A stretch of 64,000 nucleotides of DNA from Porphyridium purpureum (lineage: Eukaryota). Made by a program: the position numbers and the translations under genes. This document shows positions 50,960 through 61,732 of this stretch, one piece after another. Under the pieces are notes generated by a model that was given only the letters and a program-made list of their open reading frames with translations, was not told where the DNA came from and ran no database searches. The DNA lies in NCBI GenBank assembly GCA_008690995.1, contig VRMN01000001.1, positions 2,480,001 through 2,544,000 on the forward strand. The letters are read 5' to 3'. Positions within the stretch are counted from its first letter, which is position 1. Each line of letters opens with the position of its first letter.

Positions 50960-52756
50960 TTAGAACAATTCAGCTATTGCGCAGCGAACGCCTCCGCCGC
51001 CAATCCTTTCCAGCGTACTGACGTCGGCATGAACGATATCGGCAACACCGCTCCGGATGATTTCCTTCTGTTCGTCATTGAATGCACGGAAAGCGCGCGA
51101 GCTCATGGCAAGCACTGGGTCGCCATAGAAACTTTCCAGTTCCAGCACATTCCCACAAAATTGCTCCACTTGTGCCTGTGAAATATCTACAATGCGTTTA
51201 CCCGTGCTCTTGAGCATATCCACCACGGCATCACGCTGGCTCGCATCATGAATGGATTCCGTGCAGATCACCGCAATGTGCGTGCCCACGCACATCATCA
51301 CATTTGTGTGATAAATCGGCCGACCATGCGGGTCAAACGACTCAAAGGGCACGAGTTTGTATCCCATCATGCGCGCCCACGACTGGGCCAGCTGTGGGTC
51401 GGTTCTCTCGCTGATACACGCGTACGCGATCCGGTTTACTCGGTCGAGCACAAGCGAACCCGTACCTTCCAAGAAGCGTGGCGACTTCATGCGCTCCGAG
51501 CGTGTGAGGTCAGCGACATATGTGTAACGCTCAAATGCATGCAGTCGGTCCAAGAACTCTGGGCGGCGCTCCTTGCGGCGGTTCAACGGCTTCATGGGAT
51601 ACAGCACAAGCGTGCACTCGCCCACCTCCAAGTCAGTATGCGTCGAAAACCAGTTGTTCGGAAACACAGCATCCGGCGTTCCGTGATGGTCACTGTGAGT
51701 AAACAAGTGTGCGCGCACACCCGCACAACCGTTGCCACGTAAAGTTAGAGCTGTATACAGCGCATTGTACTCCAAAAGCACCTGGGCTCGAATAGCCTCG
51801 TCGTACAGACGTTCTGCGTCTTCCGATGAGCCTGTTGCCGACGCTGCAGCCGCCATGTAGTGGTTGTCCAGCGCCGCATCTGGATTTGAGTGAAATGCAG
51901 TCGGTGCGACCATCAGCACATGATTGGTAGACTGTTGCACAGGCAACTTGTCCATTTCGCTCAGTCGCTGCATGTGGCTGGTTGAGTCACAGGGAAGTAC
52001 ACGGTAACCCTCCTCATGAAACCACTCAACCAGATTAACGTCATGGCGCCTCAGCACGAAGCGCGAGTCTCCCATTTTGGTAGAAAGCTCGTCCGTTGAA
52101 GCTAAGGGCAAGCCGCCGTCGACTTTTTGCGAGGCACCGGCGGAATTTGCACTTACTTTTACGTACTCGTTGACCAGTCGCTGGCGCGGAAACTTGGATG
52201 CAGATCTCAGCATTGCAACGGCGTCATTTGCCGGCACGCCCATCACCTGCTTCAGCGTTGCGCGGTCCAATTGCCGACCGAAAACGTCACGCACCGCAAC
52301 CACGCGATCCATCGAGTCAAATACGCCACTCCGGATCGCGTGCCCCAACGCGCCGTAGGTGGTTTTCAACCCCACCCCCACCATGCATGTCTGCGGCGAC
52401 AGCATCATCACATCGTCTTCATGTAAATAATCATGCGGCGCAAACTGCAGCGCACGTAGCCGACGCATGAGCATGCTCAGCACGGACTCATTGCTTTCCT
52501 TCATGCCTTGGCCTCCTGCGAGTGCCAGCGATCGCATAGGCGGCTGCAAACGCGCCGCCTGTGTCGCCTGCCGCGCCTCCACTACTCCTACCTCAGAATC
52601 CGGCACGCCCTGTAGCCGCCCGTGCGCCTCGCTCCTCGCTGAATTCTGTGAGCACATTCTCCTCAACGCTTGCCATTGCTCCGCTGCGAACGGAGTTGCA
52701 GCGCGGCACCGCGCCACGCACCTGGCGTGGCTTAGCGCTTCCATTAGTACCACCAT
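50960..52756 (-). CDS. Amidinotransferase/arginine deiminase superfamily protein (CtlX-like)
   Basis: VLMVAPTAF...DNHYM, TPDAVFPNNWFSTH, LYPM...RRKERR, FLEGTGSLVLD, IYHTNVMM, GGGGVRCAIAELF. Confidence 0.88.
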   Translation of the reverse strand: MVVLMEALSHARCVARCRAATPFAAEQWQALRRMCSQNSARSEAHGRLQGVPDSEVGVVEARQATQAARLQPPMRSLALAGGQGMKESNESVLSMLMRRLRALQFAPHDYLHEDDVMMLSPQTCMVGVGLKTTYGALGHAIRSGVFDSMDRVVAVRDVFGRQLDRATLKQVMGVPANDAVAMLRSASKFPRQRLVNEYVKVSANSAGASQKVDGGLPLASTDELSTKMGDSRFVLRRHDVNLVEWFHEEGYRVLPCDSTSHMQRLSEMDKLPVQQSTNHVLMVAPTAFHSNPDAALDNHYMAAAASATGSSEDAERLYDEAIRAQVLLEYNALYTALTLRGNGCAGVRAHLFTHSDHHGTPDAVFPNNWFSTHTDLEVGECTLVLYPMKPLNRRKERRPEFLDRLHAFERYTYVADLTRSERMKSPRFLEGTGSLVLDRVNRIAYACISERTDPQLAQSWARMMGYKLVPFESFDPHGRPIYHTNVMMCVGTHIAVICTESIHDASQRDAVVDMLKSTGKRIVDISQAQVEQFCGNVLELESFYGDPVLAMSSRAFRAFNDEQKEIIRSGVADIVHADVSTLERIGGGGVRCAIAELF

Positions 52757-53396
52757 CGCGCCTTTGCAAGCAAGAGACTAGCAGGGCAGGAAGAGACACG
52801 AAGAGAGGCAAGCAGATTAGGAAAGTAGGCGCGCTCGGCTAGCCGGAGAGCCGTCACAGCCTTCTTCTCGCGCCTACATCAACCTCATCAAGCCACTCCT
52901 GTCACCCTCGGCTCTAAGGCGCGCAGGCACTCGGCATGTGGCCGTCCACTGTCATCCATCTTATATCAAAAAGGAGCCGTTTTTATATACATAAGGTACA
53001 GTGAGTCGATTCGTGTACAGCGGCTCACCGCAAAGCTTTGTCGCCTCAGCGCGGCACGGCGGGACGATCGCGGAACGGCACAGGCTCGTTTGCCTCTGCT
53101 TGAGCGTCGGCGTTTGCGCGCACGGTGGATCACACGCGCTTGACACTTGGATGGTGCCGACTCATTCTCTTTTATTTCAATGAACCGCCGATTCCTATTC
53201 AATGTACATAGACAACGTCCTCCTCAAGGTCGAGCTCGTGACAAGCGGCACGCCTTGCTTCTCAGTAGCTAGCCGTCTTCGCTTTCGGAAGCCGCATTCC
53301 GACGCGATCTTCTTTCTTGCAACTCATGCGTCAATTGCACGCGAGCCATGAGCATGTCGTAAGTCCATCGACAAACGAGCCTCGCTACAAATGAAT

Positions 53397-56156
53397 TCAC
53401 TTCAAGTCCTTCGTGTCTTCCTCCAAGCTCCTCTGCAACTGTGAGCGCGTCCGCACGACAGCCGACCCCGGAGAATCCTTTTCTCTCCTTGAATTCAGTG
53501 TCTGATGCTGTATTACTGTTTTTTCTCGTGCTCGGACTGCACCGCATCCGCCTTGCCTTGACAGTGGCGGTGGCCAAACCTGACGCGCAGATGGGGATTG
53601 CTCCGGCGATGCCGACGGAGGCTCCGGTGAATGCACACCGCACACACGAGTCGCTGCATCATTGGCGCCTCCTTCGTCCGCCGGTGGCACAAGCCTGCCT
53701 ACTTGATCGTCGTTTGAACTCACACGCCCCGTCGGCAGGGCAAGGGCTCCAGAGGAGCCGATCAAATCATGTAGGTCGGTTCGTCGGGTGACTTCTGGAG
53801 AGTCCAGCGATGCCACTGTCACGTTGTGTGCTGTGTATTCGGTGTCCTTCGTTGCCTGGTCCTCGGGAATGATCGATTCAACCGGATAATATCTGCTCCC
53901 AAGGTCTTCACCCATCGTCGAAGTACCGTTCGCGTGCGCCGCATGCTGTTCTGCGACAGAGTCCCGGGGCTGCGGCACACGGGCTGTAGCTGATGCTGCG
54001 GCAGCTATGCGCTCGCCTTCAGAACTCTGACCGCACGACACGCAAATCCCGCGCGCGTGCACGCTCAACACTTGCTCCAGTCGTGCACGCTCGCGCTCAC
54101 ATTCTTGCAGCTCAAGCTTGAGTCGCTTTGAGCGTGCGTACAATCCCGCAATACCGCTCTCGTACACGCTGAGCGCCTTCTCTTCGCCTACCTGCGACGT
54201 CACCATATCCAATTCCCCAGCGACCGTCTCGACGCGATGACAGGATTGACCTCCATTGCTACGGTCCGCGTCGCCGTTATTCTTAAACAGCAGAAAGGGT
54301 GCCACACAGGGCGCGGCTTTCATCATAGACGAGGACGATGTCCCCAACTTCCACAAGTCTTCATAGAAGGGCTGAAACTCCGTGTCCCAAAGGTCCTTGT
54401 CCCGAGTAATACGAATCGAGAAGTCTTCCGAATGCTGATGCGTCAGAACCTTCTTCACCGCATTCGGGTGTGACCTGCTGACCAAATGAAGGGGTCTCTT
54501 GGTGGCGTCTACAATAAGCTCTCGGTCCTGCAAACAATCCCGGAAGAGCGCGTTTACGCAGCATGCCTCATACAGCAGCCGGTGCTTCCGAATGACATTG
54601 CGCAGCGTGTGTGCGATCGAGTAATTAAAATGCGTGCGCAGCTGCACTTCCACCAGATGACGTAAGCTCCGGATCTGGATCCCACGCGATTCCACATCTT
54701 CGATACACTTGCGTGTAAAGCGAGCCACTCCAGACTCCTCCATCGGCTCCGGGCCGACGTCTCTGCGTATTGCTTCGGAATTCATACCGACAGCCGAGCT
54801 GGCACGAGCATGGGGCGGCCGTGCGGATTTCCCAGTATCAATACCACCAGCCTGTTCATCAGCTACCTCTTGATGACCTTGCTGGCCACCTCGCTCAGGC
54901 TGCGGCGATTGCCGCGCAGGAGAACGCGGCTTATTCGAGGCTGAAGTCATCAAAAGCGCTAGCCGGACGTCCTCGCACTCATTCTGGAATTGGGGATCCA
55001 GATCTTGCGGCAGTTGATCCAGTCGATGAGAATACGCTCGGTCATTCGCAACAGCATCAAGCGACCCAGGGGAATGTTTCGATGGTCCCGGTGAGGGCAG
55101 TTCTACACACAGCACGTCTCCATGCTGGGTGTCCATGACGGCCTGGACCATTACACGGGCACGTATGATGTCGCTTACGGAGAATGACAGCATGTCGTTT
55201 TCATCCAGCAAACCCCACATCGTCCGAAAATTCATCACGCGGCCCCACGGCGTGTCCGGTGACGACAGGCCTATCGCCAGCTCTGGCCCGTCCTTGCCAC
55301 TCTTCCAGTTCTTGCGCTTCCTCCGCGTTCCAACCGGGAGGTCTCCTGGAGCCTCCACCTTGTCCCTTTCCTCGTGGATGTCGATATGTGTGCGTTGCTC
55401 TGGTGGCTTCGTGTTCTCCTTGATGATTTTTGCCTTGGAGCCGACTCGTGGCATTACATTGGGCGGCTTCAGATGTGTGGCTATGGGAGTATCAGCTCCC
55501 GCAGGCCTTACAGCTTTGAACATTTCTCGACTTCGCCCTGGCTTGGAACCAACACCACGAGCGGATCCAGATGCTCCTGCAGGAACCACTCGAGTTGCGG
55601 CTGGCCGCTGCTCATGGTGTATGTGCATGCGAGCGACAGATTGTTGCTGAACGCGCGAAGGCTGCCAGCCCGCCGCACCTTGTGGCTGCCATGTAAAGTC
55701 GGCTCCAGACACCGAACGTAGCCTTTGGGCGGCGTGTGCGTCAGGCTGCTGAGTCTGCCCGCCTGACTTCGAGCTCCCAGCATAATCACTCCAAGTCGAG
55801 AGCGGGAAACCAAGTTCGCCTGTCATATCCGCTTCATCATCCAGAGCCCCCATCACATACTCGAGAGGGTGTCCTGGCACTTGATGCATGAATGAGGACC
55901 CAATCAGATTACTCGGCTTTCCTGCCTCTGCAGCAGCGGCATCTTCTGCAGCGGTTCTCGGACTTTGGACACCAGCATGCCCAGACGGCAGGAGCGATGA
56001 TGGAAAGAACGTCTCGCGCTCCTCTTTATCTTCCTGAGGCCGCCGCTGTGACGACTCCTGAACCGCCGCGTGTGGCGAGTCCGCACTCCCCGCAGCACGT
56101 GAACCAGTCTTCATCTTCAGCACCGAATCTTGCACTTTGGTGGATCTTGCTGTCAT
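53397..56156 (-). CDS. Large hypothetical protein (919 aa) with coiled coil and CxxC
   Basis: Long uninterrupted ATG ORF; no family recognised. Confidence 0.7.
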   Translation of the reverse strand: MTARSTKVQDSVLKMKTGSRAAGSADSPHAAVQESSQRRPQEDKEERETFFPSSLLPSGHAGVQSPRTAAEDAAAAEAGKPSNLIGSSFMHQVPGHPLEYVMGALDDEADMTGELGFPLSTWSDYAGSSKSGGQTQQPDAHAAQRLRSVSGADFTWQPQGAAGWQPSRVQQQSVARMHIHHEQRPAATRVVPAGASGSARGVGSKPGRSREMFKAVRPAGADTPIATHLKPPNVMPRVGSKAKIIKENTKPPEQRTHIDIHEERDKVEAPGDLPVGTRRKRKNWKSGKDGPELAIGLSSPDTPWGRVMNFRTMWGLLDENDMLSFSVSDIIRARVMVQAVMDTQHGDVLCVELPSPGPSKHSPGSLDAVANDRAYSHRLDQLPQDLDPQFQNECEDVRLALLMTSASNKPRSPARQSPQPERGGQQGHQEVADEQAGGIDTGKSARPPHARASSAVGMNSEAIRRDVGPEPMEESGVARFTRKCIEDVESRGIQIRSLRHLVEVQLRTHFNYSIAHTLRNVIRKHRLLYEACCVNALFRDCLQDRELIVDATKRPLHLVSRSHPNAVKKVLTHQHSEDFSIRITRDKDLWDTEFQPFYEDLWKLGTSSSSMMKAAPCVAPFLLFKNNGDADRSNGGQSCHRVETVAGELDMVTSQVGEEKALSVYESGIAGLYARSKRLKLELQECERERARLEQVLSVHARGICVSCGQSSEGERIAAAASATARVPQPRDSVAEQHAAHANGTSTMGEDLGSRYYPVESIIPEDQATKDTEYTAHNVTVASLDSPEVTRRTDLHDLIGSSGALALPTGRVSSNDDQVGRLVPPADEGGANDAATRVCGVHSPEPPSASPEQSPSARQVWPPPLSRQGGCGAVRAREKTVIQHQTLNSRREKDSPGSAVVRTRSQLQRSLEEDTKDLK

Positions 56157-56717
56157 GCAGCGAACTCTTCTCCTTGCCCTCCGCTCCGTCTTGACGCCAG
56201 CACGGCGTGTGCTGGCGCGTCCTGATTCGAAGAATCGAAGGCCTTGTACTTACGTTACAGTGCTCGTTTCGGCCTGCGGAGGTACCTTTCTCCGCCTTCC
56301 TCTATGCTTTCCAACCACGACAGAAGTTCGCAGTGCTCGCTGGGGAATCTCTGCGCATGCGAATAAGCACACACAGACCTTTGCCTGTCCAGTCCCGTTC
56401 CCGCGCGACCCAACCTCTTCTCTCCACCACAACACCTACTCGCGACCAGTTCCTTCTTCCGCCCCGACACGAAACGGTGCCACAAGACACACATGCACAA
56501 AGAGCGAACCGCGACAACGCGCCTCGACCCGGCGACTTGGCAGCGCTACAGAATTGGCTGGATGGCACAGGAAGCGGCGACTGGGATCTCCGTAATAAAA
56601 TCGGCGCGTCTCGTTAGAGGTTTCCGTGACAATGCGCTGCGCGCGCGTATTTCAAGGCGTGAGGACATAACGTGCCATGGCTCGCACACGAAAGTACACT
56701 TTCCGCACTGAACGCCT

Positions 56718-56776
56718 TGAGCGCGAGCAAACTCGCCTAGTTGAGCGCGAGCAAACTCGCCTAGCTGAGCGCGAGC
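56718..56776. repeat. 24-bp tandem repeat (~2.4 copies)
   Basis: TGAGCGCGAGCAAACTCGCCTAG(T/C) repeated. Confidence 0.85.
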
Positions 56777-58294
56777 CAGACAAGCAGTCAGCTCCGTCTG
56801 GACTCTCGTCAGTTTGTCATCGCAGCGCCTCTCTTTTTCCATGCCTCTTGCTTTTTACAGCGACTCGAGTCGCCACAAAGAAGCAGATGCCGCCTGGCCA
56901 AGGATCGTGACAGTCGTTCCGCGGAAAAGAACAATGCTGGCACCTCTGGCTGTTCTCGACATAAAGCTGGAGAGCGCGTGCCTGCGCAATATCGAGCAAG
57001 ACTGGTTCCGAACTGTGCTAAACCTGTCCAAAGATGTACAAGACGAGCCTTTCAGCAAGAATCTAACCTCTGCTTGACTTGAACTGTGCTCGCTGCGCGC
57101 GCTGCTGTCGAAGACAATGGGTATTGGCAGAGCGTATCAGCAAGCCTGAACGGAATACGAGCACAGACATCGCGCGGGCATTCAAAAATCCTAGAATTGA
57201 AAAATGCACGTTCGCCCCAAAACGCACTGAACGACTTGAAAAGCAAGGCGCACCGAAGCCAAGCCGCCATGGGCTCGTTCGCAACTTTTCGTCCTTCGAC
57301 TGGCAGCCCTGAGCCGCGAACCAAGCTGTCTGACACTGTGTCTACCGTGACATGGACGGGTTCTGGCCCAAGTTTTGCGCGGCCATATGCACCCACGTAT
57401 GTCGGCATTTGTAGCTGTGCAAGAATGAGTTTGTAGCCTGTCAGGTCGCTCGAGCGCGCCCGGCGTACGAGCATTCACTGTCGTGGTGGCGCCGGACCAT
57501 TTGCACTCCCAAGCGCTAAAGAATTAGTGGAGACTGGTGTCCACAAAGCACGACGTATTCGAAAACCAACCCGCCGGTTCCTGGAAGCTGCCTCCAGACG
57601 TTCTTCGTCTCTGACTCACACCCCACATGCCTTCCCGTGTCCCAGTCTGCGACCCACTCGCGAGCCAGCCTCGCTCTCTATTCGCACGACAAGGCCCCGG
57701 ACACTTGGTCCACATTCGAGCCGGTCTGACGTTGGCCACATGCCGCGCCTCGTGTGCGTGCGTGCGTGCATGGGGCCAAGCCGCGCGCGGCATGCCGTGC
57801 AGAGCGAGCCCACTCCCACGTTTATCCCATGCGAGGCCCCTCCCGTGCGTGCCTACACTGGGCCCTCACGACCCACCGAAACACGCACACAAGCCCACGG
57901 GCGCGCGCGCCCAGAACGGCCGCCATGGGGGCAGCGCACGTCTCACGTCATGGACGACTCGCGTGTGCCTGCCACCATCAAGCTCCACAGCGCCCTTCTG
58001 CAGCGCCTCTGTCACCCAGTCGGCTACTCACTGCGACTTGCTGCTCGCACGCACGACAATGCCGAATCACAATGCCATCTTCACAACGTAAATACGTTGC
58101 TGTACCTCCCCAGGGGATAAGGTTCAGCGTCAGACATAACCAAAAGATAAAAAACGCGCGTGAGTGTGTGAAGTTGGACGAGGAGAAAAGGCCGGGAGGA
58201 GAAAGTGTGCGAGAGCGCGAGGGTGCAGAGGGTGGGTTGGTGGGTAGGTGGGGGAAGGGCGTCGGGGAATGGTAGGGGAGCAGAGGGGGGCAAA

Positions 58295-59350
58295 ATGGCT
58301 CGCTCGACGCCCGAAGAATATACGATCCGAAGTGTGCGATGGCGACCCTTGCTGCGCCAGCTGCCGTGGGGCTCCTTCTTCGCAGCCGTGGTGGCGTTCG
58401 GGCTCGGCAGTCTCGGCATGACGTTTATTGAGCCGCGGCAAATTATCTGGGTGCTGGACGACCCGCGTCTCGCGTACCCGATGAAGGAAAACACAATTGC
58501 GAATTGGCTGGCTGTCGTGGGCGTCTTCTTCTTTTTCATTCTCTACGTGCCAGTCGTCGAGATCGTCATGTTGCGCCGCGAAAATCGATGCATGACCATC
58601 ATCATCTTCCAAATTTTCGTGTTCGCGTCGACCTTCGTCGAGTGCTTCCTGAGTACAGTCTTCTTTCAGCAATTCACCTCCGTCCTCACGGGTATGCTGC
58701 GTCCGGATTGGTACGCACGATGTCAGCCAGCAGAAATGAATGGCACCCTGCTGTGCACGTCAGCGGACACTGATACCATCAAGGACGGTCGCAAGTCATT
58801 TTTCAGCGGCCACGCGAGCTCATCGGCCGTCTCGATGGCCATCTTGAGCATGTACCTCGTGTACGCATGGTACTTTCGTAAGGCTCAGAAGCGTGGAGCC
58901 GGACCGACAGAGGCTTACTCTTCGAGCCGTGACTACAGCCAGCGCAAAGAAAGCAGAGCGCACTGGTTATTTCACGAGCTCACAGACGCGCTCATGTTTC
59001 TTCTGACCGCAATGCCGGCGTTTTGGTTGATCGGTGTGGGATTGTCTCGCGTGGTTGACTACCGTCACGCTCGCGAGGATGTGGTGGGTGGATGGTTTAT
59101 TGGATTGTTTTTCGCTGTGGTAGAGTTTCCCCGATACGTTGCGCTCAGCAAGGACGGTGCCACAAACTTGGAGCATATCCTGGGTATAAGCAGGGCGAAC
59201 GGTGTGCTTTCGCCCAAGACTGACTCGACTGACGTAGAGATGGGGATGCCTAATGGAGAAGGATCACCATCTGCACTTGCACAGGTTGAAGTGGAGGAGC
59301 AAACGTCTTTTGTGACCGCCCCCGATTATGAAGCAGCGGCTGCTGTATAA
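58295..59350 (+). CDS. PAP2 lipid phosphate phosphatase
   Basis: GMLRPDWYARC, RKSFFSGHAS, SRVVDYRHAREDVVGG; multiple TM segments. Confidence 0.93.
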   Translation: MARSTPEEYTIRSVRWRPLLRQLPWGSFFAAVVAFGLGSLGMTFIEPRQIIWVLDDPRLAYPMKENTIANWLAVVGVFFFFILYVPVVEIVMLRRENRCMTIIIFQIFVFASTFVECFLSTVFFQQFTSVLTGMLRPDWYARCQPAEMNGTLLCTSADTDTIKDGRKSFFSGHASSSAVSMAILSMYLVYAWYFRKAQKRGAGPTEAYSSSRDYSQRKESRAHWLFHELTDALMFLLTAMPAFWLIGVGLSRVVDYRHAREDVVGGWFIGLFFAVVEFPRYVALSKDGATNLEHILGISRANGVLSPKTDSTDVEMGMPNGEGSPSALAQVEVEEQTSFVTAPDYEAAAAV

Positions 59351-59530
59351 TCCATTCGGTGCCGGTGTGGGTAAAATTGTGCCGCTAGGATTGCACTTCA
59401 CGCTACGCCCGCGAGATGCGTACGTTGATGTATTGTACCACGTCCATGGAGTCTCACAGTAAAACGGGTATTTAACTTGTTTCGTCATGAGGCCTGCCCT
59501 AGCGCTCGGACCCCGGCGCTGGTCTTCGCG

Positions 59531-60580
59531 ATGAGAAGTTCTCGCGGTCGTCGTCCAATGTCCGTGTTAGAGGTTGCGCAAGGAGCGCGCGTAAGCGTCA
59601 TGAGCGCGCCAAGCGTGTTTGCTCTCAACGCATGGGATCTGCGCGATATTTGTGCCGTGCTAACAGTGGGCGAGCGTTCATTCCAGCGCACGGACCTCGG
59701 CGATACAATTCGTACGCTGTTAGTCCCGTTGGAAGACTCGTGCGATGCCGACTTGGTCCGTGCTCTCATTCCAGGCCTTTCCTTTATTTCTTCGAGCTTG
59801 CGTCGGCATGAGCACGGCGTGGTGGTGGTGCACTGCTCGGCGGGCGTGTCTCGCAGTGTTTCGGTTGTCGCGGCATGGCTGGTAGCTTCGCGCACTGTCG
59901 GGATAAAAAGTATGGAGGACGCGCTAGCGCAGATTCGCAAAGTTCGCCCGCAGGCGTGTCCAAATCCCGGCTTTCTGCGCCAGCTGGCACTGTGGAACAG
60001 CTTATGGAGTAGCTCGCCGTGTCCGGCTCAGCTTAGAATCGGATTCAGAGATGCCCTCTACCGATCGGGGGGTCACCAAGTCTTGCTTCAGCAGCTGATC
60101 CTTTTGCGCCGCTGGAAGCGTGAAGCGCGCGCCCGTGATCGTCGACACGAGGGCGAAGAGGGCCTCGTGTGCAGTTCTCTTTTGGCCTGTGTAGAGAAAC
60201 AAGGTGAATCTGTAAAGGGCGACGGCATTTTGCGAGCAGCGGACACTGTCGACATTCGGTGTCGACAGTGCCGGGCACTGCTCTGCACATCCCTCCATGT
60301 CGTACCTGATCAACTGATCGAAGCAAATGGGCGGGTCATCAGGCAACCTTCACGTGCTCTCGTGCACTGCGTGCCAACGCAACAGATGACCGGCGCGCAA
60401 CACACAGGCGGCTACTGTGCAGATAAGGGGCATCTTCTATGCGCGGGCTGTTCCAACCGCATCGGCACGTTTGACTGGCGCATTGGCCAATTGTACAATG
60501 CGTGCGAGACCGATTGGGCAAGTCTGCCGTCTTTCTGTCTCAACCAAGCCAAGCTCGACTTTGCCTTGCGCAGCGCATGA
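59531..60580 (+). CDS. DUSP12: Dual-specificity phosphatase, DUSP12/Yvh1-like
   Basis: VHCSAGVSRS, PNPGFLRQL, zinc domain RCRQCR...GHLLCAGCSNRIGTFDW. Confidence 0.85.
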   Translation: MRSSRGRRPMSVLEVAQGARVSVMSAPSVFALNAWDLRDICAVLTVGERSFQRTDLGDTIRTLLVPLEDSCDADLVRALIPGLSFISSSLRRHEHGVVVVHCSAGVSRSVSVVAAWLVASRTVGIKSMEDALAQIRKVRPQACPNPGFLRQLALWNSLWSSSPCPAQLRIGFRDALYRSGGHQVLLQQLILLRRWKREARARDRRHEGEEGLVCSSLLACVEKQGESVKGDGILRAADTVDIRCRQCRALLCTSLHVVPDQLIEANGRVIRQPSRALVHCVPTQQMTGAQHTGGYCADKGHLLCAGCSNRIGTFDWRIGQLYNACETDWASLPSFCLNQAKLDFALRSA

Positions 60581-60712
60581 TTCAATTGGTGCGTGCTGCT
60601 GAACTTCCAAGAGTTTCAACAAGCAAACGAAGCGCGCCAAATTTTCTGGACAGTGCAGGCGCTGTTGTGATGTGTCGGTGACGCGGGGGGAAAAAAACAA
60701 CAACAAGTGATC

Positions 60713-61645
60713 ATGCCGGCGGTGGTGCGGGAGAGGGAGACAGGAAAGGACGCAATGGCGGCACCTCTTCTAGGGAAGAAGGACGCGTCATTTGCGGCGC
60801 GGGCGCGGCCGAGGTTTGGATCCTCGTCTCTGGGAGAAAGCAAGCCCATGTTTATGAACCGAACGCCGCCCGCGTCTCACGCTCGTGCCGCAGTCATGGG
60901 CGCTGGTTCGGACACCTTTTACGGCATTCGACACGGGGCTGACGGCTTTTGCGGCGTGGTCGGCACGTTGGCAGAGGTCGATCGGTATACCAAAGCCGTT
61001 CGCGGCGTGTCTTGGAAGAAATTCAGTACTTATCAGGAAGCGCGCGCGTTTGTCTTTGGTGAAAATCCCGGGCAGCACGCGCCGCGCTCTGTTTATACAG
61101 ACGGAGCCTGCGCAAATAATGGGAAAAGGGCAGCGTACGGCGGCTACGGAGTATACTTTGGCAAAGATGATCCTCGCAACTTGACTGAACCCTTAGATCC
61201 GGACTGCAAGCAAACAAACAATCGCGCGGAGCTTCAGGCGCTGGTGGCTGCGCTGCAGATTTTACTCAGAGAGGCAGAACAAGCACCTGAGGCTGTGCTC
61301 TTTCGTCCTGCGGCGCTCAAGACCGACTCAAAGTATTGCATGAGGGGAATCAACGAATGGATTGCAGGTTGGAAACAGAACGGCTGGAAAACTAAACATG
61401 CTGGTGACGTCAAGAACCGCGATCTGTGGGAACAGTTTGACACGCTGCTTGCACAGGTGCGGCTTTTTCACCCCATCCATGTTGAGTGGGTAAAGGCTCA
61501 TCGGAAAAATAGCGAGCACGGAAACGTAGAGGCGGATCGATTGGCCAGTAACGGGAAGGAACGGTCATTGAGGAAGCAAATCACCAAAGGTGGGCATCGC
61601 AAAGGCTCGCGCACGCTGAAAAGACAGGTTTCTCGTCGCCGCTGA
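60713..61645 (+). CDS. RNASEH1: Ribonuclease H1 with N-terminal hybrid-binding domain
   Basis: FYGIRHG...WKKFSTYQEARAFV; VYTDGAC, QTNNRAEL, TDSKY, WVKAH, GNVEADRLA. Confidence 0.93.
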   Translation: MPAVVRERETGKDAMAAPLLGKKDASFAARARPRFGSSSLGESKPMFMNRTPPASHARAAVMGAGSDTFYGIRHGADGFCGVVGTLAEVDRYTKAVRGVSWKKFSTYQEARAFVFGENPGQHAPRSVYTDGACANNGKRAAYGGYGVYFGKDDPRNLTEPLDPDCKQTNNRAELQALVAALQILLREAEQAPEAVLFRPAALKTDSKYCMRGINEWIAGWKQNGWKTKHAGDVKNRDLWEQFDTLLAQVRLFHPIHVEWVKAHRKNSEHGNVEADRLASNGKERSLRKQITKGGHRKGSRTLKRQVSRRR

Positions 61646-61732
61646 GCAGCGCACGTACCCGAGCTTGTGTGCTTGTGTGTCGTGCTATACAATGCGCACA
61701 ATCTACGGTTCTCTTTTCTTCCAATGTCTAGC

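Noticed and set aside
60713..61645. RNase H as a retroelement remnant
   Set aside because: Has the hybrid-binding domain of cellular RNase H1; no flanking RT or LTR
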